Source of the DNA: an uncultured Candidatus Sumerlaeota bacterium
GTDB taxonomy: Bacteria; CAYMEV01
Assembly (NCBI GenBank): GCA_964389675.1
Contig: CAYMEV010000003.1
Location: 191,109-223,998, forward strand
Length of the DNA: 32,890 nucleotides
Reading direction: 5' to 3'
The position numbers and the translations under genes were made by a program. This document shows, one piece after another, positions 1 through 9,186 of the stretch; position 1 is the first letter of the stretch; the number at the start of each line of letters is the position of its first letter. Under the pieces are notes generated by a model, which was not told where the DNA came from, made no database searches, and saw only the letters and a program-made list of their open reading frames with translations.

Positions 1-506
1 AGTTCCAGTATCCCACACAGGGCAGGATAGAGCTAAGTTTCCGTATGCCCCTTGCTGAGATAATATATGATTTTTACGATAAGCTGAAAACCATCACTCA
101 GGGTTACGGATCATTTGATTATGAAATAATTGATTACAGGGAAAGCAGTCTTGTAAAAATGGACATACTGCTGAACGGAGAAAAGATAGACGCCTTATCA
201 CAGATAATCCATAAAGACAGGGCCAGGACAAGGGCCCTCCAGATATGCGAAAAGCTTAAAGAAGAGATCCCGAGGCATTTGTTCAAGATAGCCATACAGG
301 GTGCAATAGGGGGCACCATAATTGCAAGGAGCACCATAAGCCCATTCCGCAAGGATGTTACAGCAAAGTGCTATGGAGGGGATATAACAAGGAAGAGAAA
401 ACTCCTGGAAAAGCAGAAAAAGGGCAAGAAAAGAATGAAGATGGTAGGCTCGGTCTATGTCCCTCAGAGTGCTTTTATCTCTGTACTGAAAAGCGATAAT
501 GAATGA
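1..506 (+). CDS. lepA: Translation elongation factor 4 (LepA), C-terminal part; gene begins before the window
   Basis: [23 protein letters not shown] and [31 protein letters not shown] are LepA C-terminal signatures; the frame is open back to position 3. Confidence 0.98.
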   Translation, partial: FQYPTQGRIELSFRMPLAEIIYDFYDKLKTITQGYGSFDYEIIDYRESSLVKMDILLNGEKIDALSQIIHKDRARTRALQICEKLKEEIPRHLFKIAIQGAIGGTIIARSTISPFRKDVTAKCYGGDITRKRKLLEKQKKGKKRMKMVGSVYVPQSAFISVLKSDNE

Positions 507-1617
507 TCCTCCATATGGATTGTATATCCATGTCCCCTTCTGTTTAAGCAAATGCATCTACTGCAGTTTTTATTCAGTTACTGAAAGACACCTGATCGAA
601 GAATATCTCAAAGCTCTCATAATTGAAATCCGGAAATACAGTAATACAGCTAAAAGAATAGATACGGTCTACCTGGGGGGCGGTACCCCTTCCGTCCTTG
701 AAGCAGGGCAGATAAGCGTCATTTTTGATGCAATATACAGGTACTATGATGTTGAAGACGGTGCAGAGATAACAATAGAGGCTAATCCTCAGGATATTAC
801 GAGGAACTTTGTCAGGGAGCTTGAACACCTGGGAATTAACAGGGTAAGTGTCGGAATTCAATCCTTCTTCGGAAAGGACCTGGAATTCCTGCACAGAAGG
901 CATACTGCCGGAGAATCCTTTGAGAGCCTGGATATATTGCATAACAGCGGTATTGAGAAGATAAACGCAGATATAATATGGGGCCTGCCCGGACAGGATA
1001 CAGGACATACCATTGAAAACCTCAAAAGGGCAGCCTTATTTAAGCCATCGCATATATCAGCCTATGAACTGACATATTCTTCAGGCACCCCTCTTTTTGA
1101 AATGATGAAAGCCGGAAGGTTCAGCAAAATATCAGATCATGAAAAAGCTGATATCTATACAGCTGTTTCAGAATTCTTGACAGCTGAGGGGTATATTCAT
1201 TATGAAATATCCAATTTTTCCAGAAACACCAGTTCCTGTTCAAAGCATAATAAAAAGTACTGGGACCATATGCCTTATATTGGGCTTGGTCCTTCTGCCC
1301 ATTCATTTGATATGAAAAGGAGATGGTGGAACTATCCGGACATAAAAAAATACTGCAAAACTATAATAAATGGCAATTCCTCTGTGGAAGCATCAGAGAC
1401 CCTGACAGCCGGACAGATCAGGTCAGAAAGAATAATGCTCGGCTTCAGGACCATCGAAGGGGTCAGCCTTTCCATTATCAACAGACTGCCGGAAAGCAGA
1501 AAAATACTTGAAGATCTTAAAGAACAGGGGTTCATCAGGATAATGGGTGAAAAAGCCGTTCCAACACTAAAAGGGATGCTTATTGCTGATCATCTGGCAT
1601 CATTATTTGAAATCTGA
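499..1617 (+). CDS. hemW: Radical SAM heme chaperone HemW (HemN-like)
   Basis: [15 protein letters not shown] (CxxxCxxC), [46 protein letters not shown]; conserved position after lepA. Confidence 0.93.
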   Translation: MNDPPYGLYIHVPFCLSKCIYCSFYSVTERHLIEEYLKALIIEIRKYSNTAKRIDTVYLGGGTPSVLEAGQISVIFDAIYRYYDVEDGAEITIEANPQDITRNFVRELEHLGINRVSVGIQSFFGKDLEFLHRRHTAGESFESLDILHNSGIEKINADIIWGLPGQDTGHTIENLKRAALFKPSHISAYELTYSSGTPLFEMMKAGRFSKISDHEKADIYTAVSEFLTAEGYIHYEISNFSRNTSSCSKHNKKYWDHMPYIGLGPSAHSFDMKRRWWNYPDIKKYCKTIINGNSSVEASETLTAGQIRSERIMLGFRTIEGVSLSIINRLPESRKILEDLKEQGFIRIMGEKAVPTLKGMLIADHLASLFEI

Positions 1618-1622
1618 CCTGT

Positions 1623-2126
1623 TCAGGGCCTGATCAGGGCTTTTTCTATTTCGCCTATATAAAGCCTGTGATAATCACATCCCGGATAATTGTCCATTAT
1701 TGAGCCGTCAAGGAAATTCCCAGGTTCAATGTCCTGCCAGTAGATCTTTTTTGCAAGTATTACAGCTTCTGCTTCCAGGAAGTATATAAATCCAGGCTCC
1801 TTAAAAGCAGGGGTTAAACCTGGAATATTCATTTTATCTATATCCCTGCCTGATTTAGTCCCGCACAGGCTGAGCAGGTCCCTCTTTTCATCTCCAAGGA
1901 AGGAAAGCGTGAAATAATCATTCCTTTCCATGAACTTATAAGTATATCTCTCAGGCCTGACAAAAGCAATGCAGATGTCCCTGTTCCAGAGGACCCCGAA
2001 TCCGCCCCATGAAGCTGTCATCATATTGTAGCTGTTTTTATCCCCCGCGCAGATCAGCATCCATTGCCTGCCTATCATCTTAAATGGATTGATTTTGCCC
2101 TCGTGTATGTTAAACTCTCTGAACAT
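1623..2126 (-). CDS. Flavin reductase-like / flavoredoxin family protein
   Basis: WMLICAG..NMMTASWGGFGVLW..VRPERYT..LCGTKSGRDIDK..DYHRLYIGEI; start moved to ATG at 2126, which follows an AAGGAG RBS. Confidence 0.88.
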   Translation of the reverse strand: MFREFNIHEGKINPFKMIGRQWMLICAGDKNSYNMMTASWGGFGVLWNRDICIAFVRPERYTYKFMERNDYFTLSFLGDEKRDLLSLCGTKSGRDIDKMNIPGLTPAFKEPGFIYFLEAEAVILAKKIYWQDIEPGNFLDGSIMDNYPGCDYHRLYIGEIEKALIRP

Positions 2127-2231
2127 AAGTATTTCTCCTTCGTATAAGGTAAAGGTAAATAATATTTTAATGATAGCAAAAAACCTGAACAAATTAATAA
2201 AAAAATGAAAGAAATATAGCAAAGATCAGCC

Positions 2232-3611
2232 ATGAAGGAAAAAATATACACAGCCTCTGACTCAAAAAGTATGACAGGGGCCATCTGGAAGCTGTCCTGG
2301 CCTGTGATGCTCGGAATGATAGTTCAGACCTTCATGGGTATTGTGGATATATTCTTTGTAAATATGCTTGGAGTTGAACAGGCAGCTGCAGTAGTCATAA
2401 GCGACTCCATTTTCGGGGTATTATTTGTATTTTCAAGCCTGATATCCGTCGGGTCGCTGTCAATTATATCCAGATATGTCGGAAGCGGCCGGCTTAAGGA
2501 GTTGAAATCCTTTTCAGCACAGGCCGTATTATACACAATAATCTTCTCAGCATTTATAACAATATCAAGCCTTCTGGGTTTGAATGCCGTTCTCGGATTA
2601 TTCAGCCTAAGCAGTGCTGTAACGGTTTATACAAGGAAATACCTTGTTTTGCGGCTCTTGAGCCTTGTTTTTGCATTTCTGAACGAAACATTCCGTTCAA
2701 TGATCCATGGACTGGGTGATTCATATACCCCCATGAAGATCCTTATAGTATCCAATATCATAAATATAATCCTTACTCCTGTCCTGATATTCGGATTTCT
2801 TTTTATACCGGGGTACGGGATCACAGGGGCGGCTGCAGCAACGGTGATCGCCATATTATTTGCCACCATACTGCTTTATTTCAGGTACCTTAAGTCATTT
2901 GCAATAAAGGGGTCAGGAGAATTCCTGAGCTATCTGCGTTTTCAGTTTAAGAACCTGAAAAAAATACTTGATATAGGTGTTTTTTCCACAGTCTCAAATA
3001 TTACAAGGCCCTTTACAGGAATGATCATGTATAAGATCGCTGCCCTCCACAGCACTCATGCTGTTGCAGCTTTCGGAAACGGGGGAAGGCTGCTGGGGCT
3101 TATCTTTATTATTCTAAACGGACTGCAGGTCGCATGCTCGGTCCTTGTGGGCCAGAATACGGGTGCGGGGAACATTACGGCTGTAGGAAGGGTTGTAAAG
3201 GAATCATTGAAAATTGCTGTCTATAATGTTCTGGCTTTCAGTATTGTCTTTTTGATATTTCCGTCCGCCCTCATGTGGATCTTTACAAGGGAACCTGAAG
3301 TCATAAGCATCGGGGCGGATTATCTGAGGATAGTATATACAGGGGTGATCTTCTGTGCATTTACAACCGTTTTCGGGGGATATTTCATCGGCATCGGCTA
3401 TACCAAGCCTTCAATGGTGGCATCCCTTACGGCAAATTACCTGGTAAAGCTTCCAATTGCCATACTCTTTATAATCATACTTAAAATGAGCCTGGACTGG
3501 CTCTGGTACGCAATAAGCTTCTCAATACTGGCTGAAGCCTTTGTTGTATCCTGCTGGTACAGGAGCAGGAGAAAAAAGATGATAAATGAGCTGGATATGG
3601 CCATGTGCTAA
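2232..3611 (+). CDS. MATE family efflux transporter
   Basis: IWKLSWPVMLG..DIFFV, GLGDSYTPM, NIILTPVLIFG..GITGAAAAT, VGQNTGAG; about 12 hydrophobic segments in two halves. Confidence 0.93.
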   Translation: MKEKIYTASDSKSMTGAIWKLSWPVMLGMIVQTFMGIVDIFFVNMLGVEQAAAVVISDSIFGVLFVFSSLISVGSLSIISRYVGSGRLKELKSFSAQAVLYTIIFSAFITISSLLGLNAVLGLFSLSSAVTVYTRKYLVLRLLSLVFAFLNETFRSMIHGLGDSYTPMKILIVSNIINIILTPVLIFGFLFIPGYGITGAAAATVIAILFATILLYFRYLKSFAIKGSGEFLSYLRFQFKNLKKILDIGVFSTVSNITRPFTGMIMYKIAALHSTHAVAAFGNGGRLLGLIFIILNGLQVACSVLVGQNTGAGNITAVGRVVKESLKIAVYNVLAFSIVFLIFPSALMWIFTREPEVISIGADYLRIVYTGVIFCAFTTVFGGYFIGIGYTKPSMVASLTANYLVKLPIAILFIIILKMSLDWLWYAISFSILAEAFVVSCWYRSRRKKMINELDMAMC

Positions 3612-4522
3612 TATATCCCTGCGGCATTGCTTCCAAAAACAGCAAGAAGTGGCTGTCCGGCAATATATGCTATTGAGATCAGTACCGCGGAGACGATAAA
3701 AAAGAGAATCAATACTGCTTTTTCAGCAGCACTTTTCATTTGCTTATCAAATTTATCCAACTGCAGGCCATAAAGCTCCTTTATTTTACCATGCCCTTCT
3801 TTACTGCCCTGAGGACTGTCAGCGGCAGTATTATACAAAATGCTTTCATTACAGCTGATGCCCAGATGATCGCATGTCTCTTTTAATAATATTCCCGGAT
3901 CAGCAGCTTTGCATAAATCTGAAAGCATATGGTTTTTTTTCAGCTGTTTCAGCTGATTGCCTGATTTTTCTAATTTCCTGGTAAAGAGCAGGGTGAAAGC
4001 CCATATCAGAACAGGGACCAGGAGTAAAAATGGTATATAGGCAGGCTTTGCCATGGTTTCTGACAGGCTTGCAAGCATTTGAAAAGCAGTGCTTTGGGGT
4101 ATGCTGAATTTTACAAAAAATTCATATATCCGGGGAAACACAAGGATAAAAAAGCTGTAAAGCAATCCTGCGAGCAAAAACAGGGCAATTCTAAGGGATT
4201 TCCTTAAAGCATTTATCCTGCCGGCAATCATAAGCTCCCATGAAAAGTAATTGTAATATGCAGAAAAAGCCTCATTAATGGAGTTTCTACTTTCGCACCG
4301 GTGAAATATTGCAAGCAGAACAGGGTCATCCAGAAGCCCTTCATCTTTAAGAGCCTTTGCAAAATCCTCATTTTGCCCTAATCGGCCTATTATTCTCTTC
4401 AGCTTTTTTCTTCTGCATTCATCTGTTTCACCCAGGATTATCTCCATTGATCCAGTTATGGAATTGTCTGTTCCGGGGGTTTTAATAAAAAGCCCGGAGA
4501 TCTCATATAATATATGATTCAT
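3608..4522 (-). CDS. Divergent type II secretion system F family (PilC/GspF/ComGB-like) inner-membrane protein
   Basis: Cytoplasmic helical domain (..EDFAKAL..AIFHRCESRNSINEAFSAYYNYF), TM ending in VFPRIYEFF, periplasmic segment, second TM, second cytoplasmic domain and C-terminal TM: the PilC topology with degenerate motifs. Confidence 0.55.
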   Translation of the reverse strand: MNHILYEISGLFIKTPGTDNSITGSMEIILGETDECRRKKLKRIIGRLGQNEDFAKALKDEGLLDDPVLLAIFHRCESRNSINEAFSAYYNYFSWELMIAGRINALRKSLRIALFLLAGLLYSFFILVFPRIYEFFVKFSIPQSTAFQMLASLSETMAKPAYIPFLLLVPVLIWAFTLLFTRKLEKSGNQLKQLKKNHMLSDLCKAADPGILLKETCDHLGISCNESILYNTAADSPQGSKEGHGKIKELYGLQLDKFDKQMKSAAEKAVLILFFIVSAVLISIAYIAGQPLLAVFGSNAAGIY

Positions 4523-4560
4523 TTTGCCTTTTTTCCCACCTTACATAATTATAACCGGAA

Positions 4561-5055
4561 CTATTCCAGGCTGCAAGCATCCCTTAATGAACGTTGAGTT
4601 TCCCTTTTATGCTGAAAGAAGGAGCTTAACAGGCTTCCAATCTCCTTTTCCATATATCCGTATGAATAAACAGGCTTGTGGTTAAGACGGCTATCATCAA
4701 ACATATTGTACAGGGATATAACAGCACCGGATTTTGGAGCAGCTGCACCAAAATGAACCTCCTTTATTTTAGAAAGCAGTATTTTACCTGAGCACATAAT
4801 GCACGGTTCCAGAGTTGTTATAAGTATTGACTCTCTAAGAACGGAGTCGGGATAGCCTGCAAGAGCATTATCAATAGCTATGGACTCAGAATGCATGAGG
4901 GGATTTTTAAGTGACCTTGTCCTGTTATGGCATTTGGACAGTACTTTGCCATTCCAGTATATAAGCGATGCAACAGGAACCTCATCGTTTTTGGATGCGG
5001 TAAGGGCTTCTCTGTAGGCTTCTTTCATTAAGGTTTGTATAAGTGCACTCTGCAT
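4561..5055 (-). CDS. tadA: tRNA-specific adenosine-34 deaminase
   Basis: DEVPVAS, HSE (for HAE), TLEPCIMCSG, FGA..PKSGA, RLNH, LLSSFF; ATG at 5055 (alternative TTG at 5061). Confidence 0.88.
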   Translation of the reverse strand: MQSALIQTLMKEAYREALTASKNDEVPVASLIYWNGKVLSKCHNRTRSLKNPLMHSESIAIDNALAGYPDSVLRESILITTLEPCIMCSGKILLSKIKEVHFGAAAPKSGAVISLYNMFDDSRLNHKPVYSYGYMEKEIGSLLSSFFQHKRETQRSLRDACSLE

Positions 5056-5074
5056 AGGCAAAATATTTCAGCAA

Positions 5075-5147
5075 TACGCCCAGCAGGAGTCGAACCTACA
5101 ACCTACTGATTCGTAGTCAGTTGCTCTATCCATTGAGCTATGGGCGC
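5075..5147 (-). tRNA. tRNA-Arg(ACG)
   Basis: Minus strand GCGCCCATAGCTCAATGGATAGAGCAACTGACTACGAATCAGTAGGTTGTAGGTTCGACTCCTGCTGGGCGTA folds as a cloverleaf; anticodon loop CT-ACG-AA; CCA not encoded. Confidence 0.97.
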
Positions 5148-5155
5148 TAAGAGAA

Positions 5156-5243
5156 CGGAGGGGGAGGGATTCGAACCCTCGGTCCCGGTTTTTGGGACAA
5201 CTGCTTAGCAGGCAGCCCTGTTCGACCACTCCAGCACCCCTCC
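5156..5243 (-). tRNA. tRNA-Ser(GCT)
   Basis: GGAGGGG acceptor stem, anticodon loop CT-GCT-AA, long variable arm GTCCC..GGGAC, GGTTCGAATCC T-loop, G discriminator; CCA not encoded. Confidence 0.96.
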
Positions 5244-5253
5244 TTTTTAGCGA

Positions 5254-5336
5254 CGGAGGGAGTAGGATTCGAACCCACGGAGCTTTCGCTCAACGGTTTT
5301 CAAGACCGCCGCCATCGACCACTCGGCCATCCCTCC
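5254..5336 (-). tRNA. tRNA-Ser(TGA)
   Basis: GGAGGGA acceptor stem, anticodon loop CT-TGA-AA, variable arm GAGCGAAAGCTC, GGTTCGAATCC T-loop; CCA not encoded. Confidence 0.96.
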
Positions 5337-5441
5337 AGAATAAACAAAAAATTAAAAGACCACTAAATGCATTTGTATAGTTATAAAAATAAGAATAATT
5401 GTCAATAAAAAATAAATAGCTGTCAGAGATAAAAATAATCC

Positions 5442-5469
5442 TTGCTAAATTTCTTCATCATGTTATAAT
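5442..5469 (+). promoter_or_regulatory. Putative sigma70 promoter for carD-ispD-ispF
   Basis: TTGCTA-16 nt-TATAAT with extended -10 (TGnTATAAT). Confidence 0.6.
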
Positions 5470-5522
5470 CAGGATTGGGCATAAACTGTTTTATTATTGT
5501 TAAAAAGGAGGGAATGTATGTA

Positions 5523-6023
5523 ATGTTTGCGGTCGGAGATAAGGTCTTCTACCCTCTTCAGGGTGTAGGAGAGGTTATACAGATTGTTGATAAGCAGATA
5601 GGGGATAATTTAGTCAAATTTTTCCGGATAAAAATATTCAAAAGCCAGATCACACTTTTTATTCCTGTAGATAAGACTGAAGAAAATAAGATCAGACCAT
5701 TAATACCAAAAGATGAACTTGATAATCTTTATGATGTATTAAAAGAAAACGGCCATATCCTCACACGGAAAAAGAATATCAGATATAAAAACTATTATGA
5801 CAAGCTAAAGACAGGCGATATTTACAAATCCGTAGAGGTACTCAGAAATCTTCTTATTATCCAGAACAATACCGGGCTCACCCCCAGGGAAAAAGGATTG
5901 ATGGAAAAAACACTGGATCTCATTGTTGAAGAACTAAGCTATACAATGAATACAGATCTTGAAAAAGATGAAATTATTTCATCTCTCACAAGCCATTTCA
6001 GGGATAACAGCACTCTGAATTGA
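5523..6023 (+). CDS. carD: CarD/CdnL family RNA polymerase-binding transcription factor
   Basis: MFAVGDKVFYPLQGVGEV..LFIPVDK..IRPL..KLKTGDI..EVLRNL..EKGLMEK; AAGGAGG RBS at 5505-5511; upstream of ispD. Confidence 0.9.
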   Translation: MFAVGDKVFYPLQGVGEVIQIVDKQIGDNLVKFFRIKIFKSQITLFIPVDKTEENKIRPLIPKDELDNLYDVLKENGHILTRKKNIRYKNYYDKLKTGDIYKSVEVLRNLLIIQNNTGLTPREKGLMEKTLDLIVEELSYTMNTDLEKDEIISSLTSHFRDNSTLN

Positions 6024-6727
6024 AACCGATAATTGCTGTTATTGCTGCAGGCGGCAAGGGTCTCAGGTTCTCCCGGGATTTAAAGAAACAATTCCTTGAG
6101 ATTGAAGGCAGGCCTTTACTCTATTATACCATAAAGGCCCTGTCCGGCCACTGCCTGATATCAGATATAATCATAGTGCTTCCACCTGAGGATATTTCCT
6201 TTTACTCAAGGTATCTTGCCGGGAGTATTGACAGCAGGCTTGTATTTGTCGAGGGCGGAAGCACACGGGCCCTCAGCGTCATTAACGGCCTGAGGTCAGC
6301 GGAGGGTTTTCCCCAGGATCTTGTCCTTATACATGATTCAGTACGGCCCTTTATAAAGCACAGCACAATAAGCAGATTATACCGGTCAATCGACAGTAAT
6401 GCAGGTGCTGTACCGGTCCTTGATGTTTTTGATACAGCAGCTTTAATAGAAGAGAATAAAATCCTGAAATACCTTGACAGGAATAAGGTAAAGCTGGTCC
6501 AGACGCCTCAGCTTTTTAAGAAAGGAGTGCTGCTGCAGAAGATGGAAGAGTCTCTGCTTCTTAAGCATGCTTTCACGGATGAGTCAAGCCTGCTTGACTA
6601 TTTTGGCCTGAATATGGTATTTATCAAGGGTGACATAATGAACCTGAAGCTGACATGCAATGATCAGGAAGATGAATTCAAAATGCTTTTTAAAATATTT
6701 TACAAGGACGGATACCTTAATAAATGA
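6020..6727 (+). CDS. ispD: 2-C-methyl-D-erythritol 4-phosphate cytidylyltransferase
   Basis: AAGGKGLRF..KQFL, VEGGSTRALSV, LIHDSVRPF, VQTPQLF, TDESSL, NLKLT. Confidence 0.93.
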   Translation: MKPIIAVIAAGGKGLRFSRDLKKQFLEIEGRPLLYYTIKALSGHCLISDIIIVLPPEDISFYSRYLAGSIDSRLVFVEGGSTRALSVINGLRSAEGFPQDLVLIHDSVRPFIKHSTISRLYRSIDSNAGAVPVLDVFDTAALIEENKILKYLDRNKVKLVQTPQLFKKGVLLQKMEESLLLKHAFTDESSLLDYFGLNMVFIKGDIMNLKLTCNDQEDEFKMLFKIFYKDGYLNK

Positions 6728-7221
6728 TGAAGATAGGATTCGGTTACGATGTTCACAGATTTGCCGAGGGCAGAAAGCTTATCCTTGGAGGGGTTGAAAT
6801 ACCCAATGAATTTGGTCTCGAAGGGCATTCTGATGCTGATGTGCTTATACATTCAATCTGCGACGCCCTTCTCGGGGCATGCGGGCTTGGCGATATTGGC
6901 GTGCATTTCCCTGATACAGACAGTGCATTCAAGGGGATAAGAAGCACGATCCTTTTGAAAAGGGTTAACAGCATGGTACTGAGTAATGGTTTCTTTATTT
7001 CAAATATAGACTGCACGATTGTATGCCAGAAACCAAAGCTTGCTTCATTTTTTCCATCAATGAAAATGGTTCTGTCTGATATACTGAATATCAATAAGGC
7101 CAATATCAACATCAAAGCCACTACAGAGGAAAACATGGGCTTTACTGGCCAGCTTCTCGGGATAAAAGCATACTGTACTGCATTAATTCATCAGGAGGAA
7201 ACAGAGCCAAAAAACATATAG
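6724..7221 (+). CDS. ispF: 2-C-methyl-D-erythritol 2,4-cyclodiphosphate synthase
   Basis: IGFGYDVHRF, GHSDADVLIHSICDALLGA, GDIGVHFP, KATTEE. Confidence 0.97.
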   Translation: MMKIGFGYDVHRFAEGRKLILGGVEIPNEFGLEGHSDADVLIHSICDALLGACGLGDIGVHFPDTDSAFKGIRSTILLKRVNSMVLSNGFFISNIDCTIVCQKPKLASFFPSMKMVLSDILNINKANINIKATTEENMGFTGQLLGIKAYCTALIHQEETEPKNI

Positions 7222-7280
7222 GGCATTAGATAACTTTTTAATAAAACTAATGTTATTTTGGATATTTTCATCATTTTCTC

Positions 7281-7309
7281 TTGACAGACCTTTTTTCAAA
7301 TAGTAAACT
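7281..7309 (+). promoter_or_regulatory. Putative sigma70 promoter for the LysM gene
   Basis: TTGACA-17 nt-TAAACT, about 215 nt upstream of the start codon. Confidence 0.65.
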
Positions 7310-7524
7310 ATTAGCAAAATAATGAAATTATATAGAAGCCTTTCAGCCAGTATCATATTTATTCTATATGAAGGTGGTTATAGTTGCAATTGAGGGATTT
7401 GAACTTGTTAGCTTTACTCCTGGGAATGAGGGGATCACATATTGCAGGATTAATAATAAACCCGGATATTCTGAAAAAGGTACATTTTTTTAGTAATAAA
7501 TTTTAAAATTAAGGAATAGGAGAA

Positions 7525-8571
7525 GTGTTTATGACCAAAAAAAACAGAATACCCTTTATGCTGGTTATTGCCCTTTTTGCAGTTTTTGTTCTATCTTTCT
7601 CCATCTATGGCGCTAAAGTCATACAGGGAGAAGGGGATTATATAATCAAAAAAGGCGATACTTTGTGGGATATTGCTGAGACTCACCTGGGAGACCCTCT
7701 GCTTTGGCCTCAGATATGGAAACTGAACCCATATATCGAAGATCCCCATTGGATCTATCCTGACAACAGACTTACACTGCCCACGCCGGAATCAGATCTC
7801 CTAACCAAAGGCGAGGGTGATGGAGAAGATTATCTGAAATCTGACATGGAAATTCCAGCAGACAGCCTTCTGCCTCCACCGCCAGAACCAAAACCTCTGG
7901 CAACGAAGAGCGAGATGTACGGTTCTGGGTTTATCTCAAAGAAGAAGCCTGAAAATTTCTTCGGCTATATTATTGAAGCAGAAGAACTCAACAAGGAAGG
8001 GCTGTCAAAAGACGACATAGTCTATATAGACAAAGGCGCAGACGACGGGATTCTGGAGGGGGATGTCTTTATTGTCATAAATAAAGGCAAAAGTATATAC
8101 CACCCGGTAACAAATGATTATGTAGGCGTTCTATATAGTACCAGAGGTGTAATTCAGGTATTATGCGTCCAGGAAGAAACAGCTACAGCCAAAATTATTG
8201 AAAGCTATGATGTAGTCCTGCGCGGAGATATTATTGAACCTTTTGAGGAGTACCCTGCACCCACAGCAATAGAGGTAGAAAAAGCCGATTTCTGTGATCC
8301 TGCAACAGGAAGCCTTGATGGTTATATTGTTGCTTCCAAGGACGGCGTAAAAAGCCTGGCTAAAAGTCATATTGCATACCTGGATCTTGGAACTGACGAC
8401 GGAGTAGCCCCCGGTGATATATTTGTATCATTCAAGAGGCCCGGAGGCATTAAGCCTGATGTATATACAGGAGAGCTTGTCGTTATCAGGGTAGAGGAAA
8501 CTACTGCTACTGCATTGATCTTCAGGTCCAAGTTTGAGATCTCTGTCGGAGATTATGTCCGTCAAAAATAA
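7525..8571 (+). CDS. Secreted LysM peptidoglycan-binding protein, TsaP-like, with two FlgT-C-like beta domains
   Basis: Signal peptide; YIIKKGDTLWDIA..DPLLWPQIWKLNPYIEDPHWIYP; Pro-rich linker; duplicated motif IVYIDKGADDGILEGDVF / IAYLDLGTDDGVAPGDIF. Confidence 0.75.
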   Translation: MFMTKKNRIPFMLVIALFAVFVLSFSIYGAKVIQGEGDYIIKKGDTLWDIAETHLGDPLLWPQIWKLNPYIEDPHWIYPDNRLTLPTPESDLLTKGEGDGEDYLKSDMEIPADSLLPPPPEPKPLATKSEMYGSGFISKKKPENFFGYIIEAEELNKEGLSKDDIVYIDKGADDGILEGDVFIVINKGKSIYHPVTNDYVGVLYSTRGVIQVLCVQEETATAKIIESYDVVLRGDIIEPFEEYPAPTAIEVEKADFCDPATGSLDGYIVASKDGVKSLAKSHIAYLDLGTDDGVAPGDIFVSFKRPGGIKPDVYTGELVVIRVEETTATALIFRSKFEISVGDYVRQK

Positions 8572-8589
8572 TTTATAGATAATTAGTAT

Positions 8590-8625
8590 GGAGGTATTTT
8601 GCAAAAAATACCTCCTATTTTTTTT
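8590..8625 (+). terminator. Rho-independent terminator-like hairpin after the LysM gene
   Basis: 11-bp perfect stem GGAGGTATTTT/AAAATACCTCC, GCAA loop, followed by TATTTTTTTT. Confidence 0.75.
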
Positions 8626-9186
8626 ATGATAATCAATTCAGGCATTTATAAAAATTCAAAGATAATTATACCAAAACAGATCAAAGATGTAAGGCCGACC
8701 TCTTCTAAACTGAGAGAAGCTGTCTTCAGCATTCTAAGCCCGTTTATACGGGGAAGCATATTCTATGATATTTTCTGCGGAAGCGGAATTATGGGATTTC
8801 AGGCTCTAAGCTGCGGAGCCGGATTTGCCGTATTTATTGACAAAAACAGGATCCTTGCAAATAATATAAACAGATATATCAGGAAATTCAATATTGCTGA
8901 AAAGACAAGGGTGATAAATGGTGATGCAATGAAGTTCCTGAAACGCTCAGATGCTTTGTCAGCCGGCTTCTCCGTATCCTATGTCGACCCTCCCTACTGC
9001 TTTGACAGGTGGGGGGAGTTCTTCAGCTATATTGACCGGGATGATTCTTTATTCAACATCATTATTATGGAAACCAGCAAAAGATTGCAAGATTATGTTG
9101 ATAATTTGAAATATTTTGATAATTATAAATATAAGAGATATTCTGAAAAGCAGTTATATATTATAAGAAAGCGGGAAAATGAGTAA
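8626..9186 (+). CDS. rsmD: 16S rRNA (guanine966-N2)-methyltransferase
   Basis: MIINSGIYK..VRPTSSKLREAVFSIL, DIFCGSGIMGFQALSCGA, VDPPY; directly upstream of coaD; start at 8626 or TTG 8599. Confidence 0.9.
   Translation: MIINSGIYKNSKIIIPKQIKDVRPTSSKLREAVFSILSPFIRGSIFYDIFCGSGIMGFQALSCGAGFAVFIDKNRILANNINRYIRKFNIAEKTRVINGDAMKFLKRSDALSAGFSVSYVDPPYCFDRWGEFFSYIDRDDSLFNIIIMETSKRLQDYVDNLKYFDNYKYKRYSEKQLYIIRKRENE

Noticed and set aside
5192-5380. 62-aa plus-strand ORF
   Set aside because: Antisense to two tRNA-Ser genes
5375-5405. Minus-strand promoter for the tRNA cluster
   Set aside because: TTGACA is present (5400-5405) but the candidate -10 boxes lie at 14- or 20-nt spacing, too weak to call
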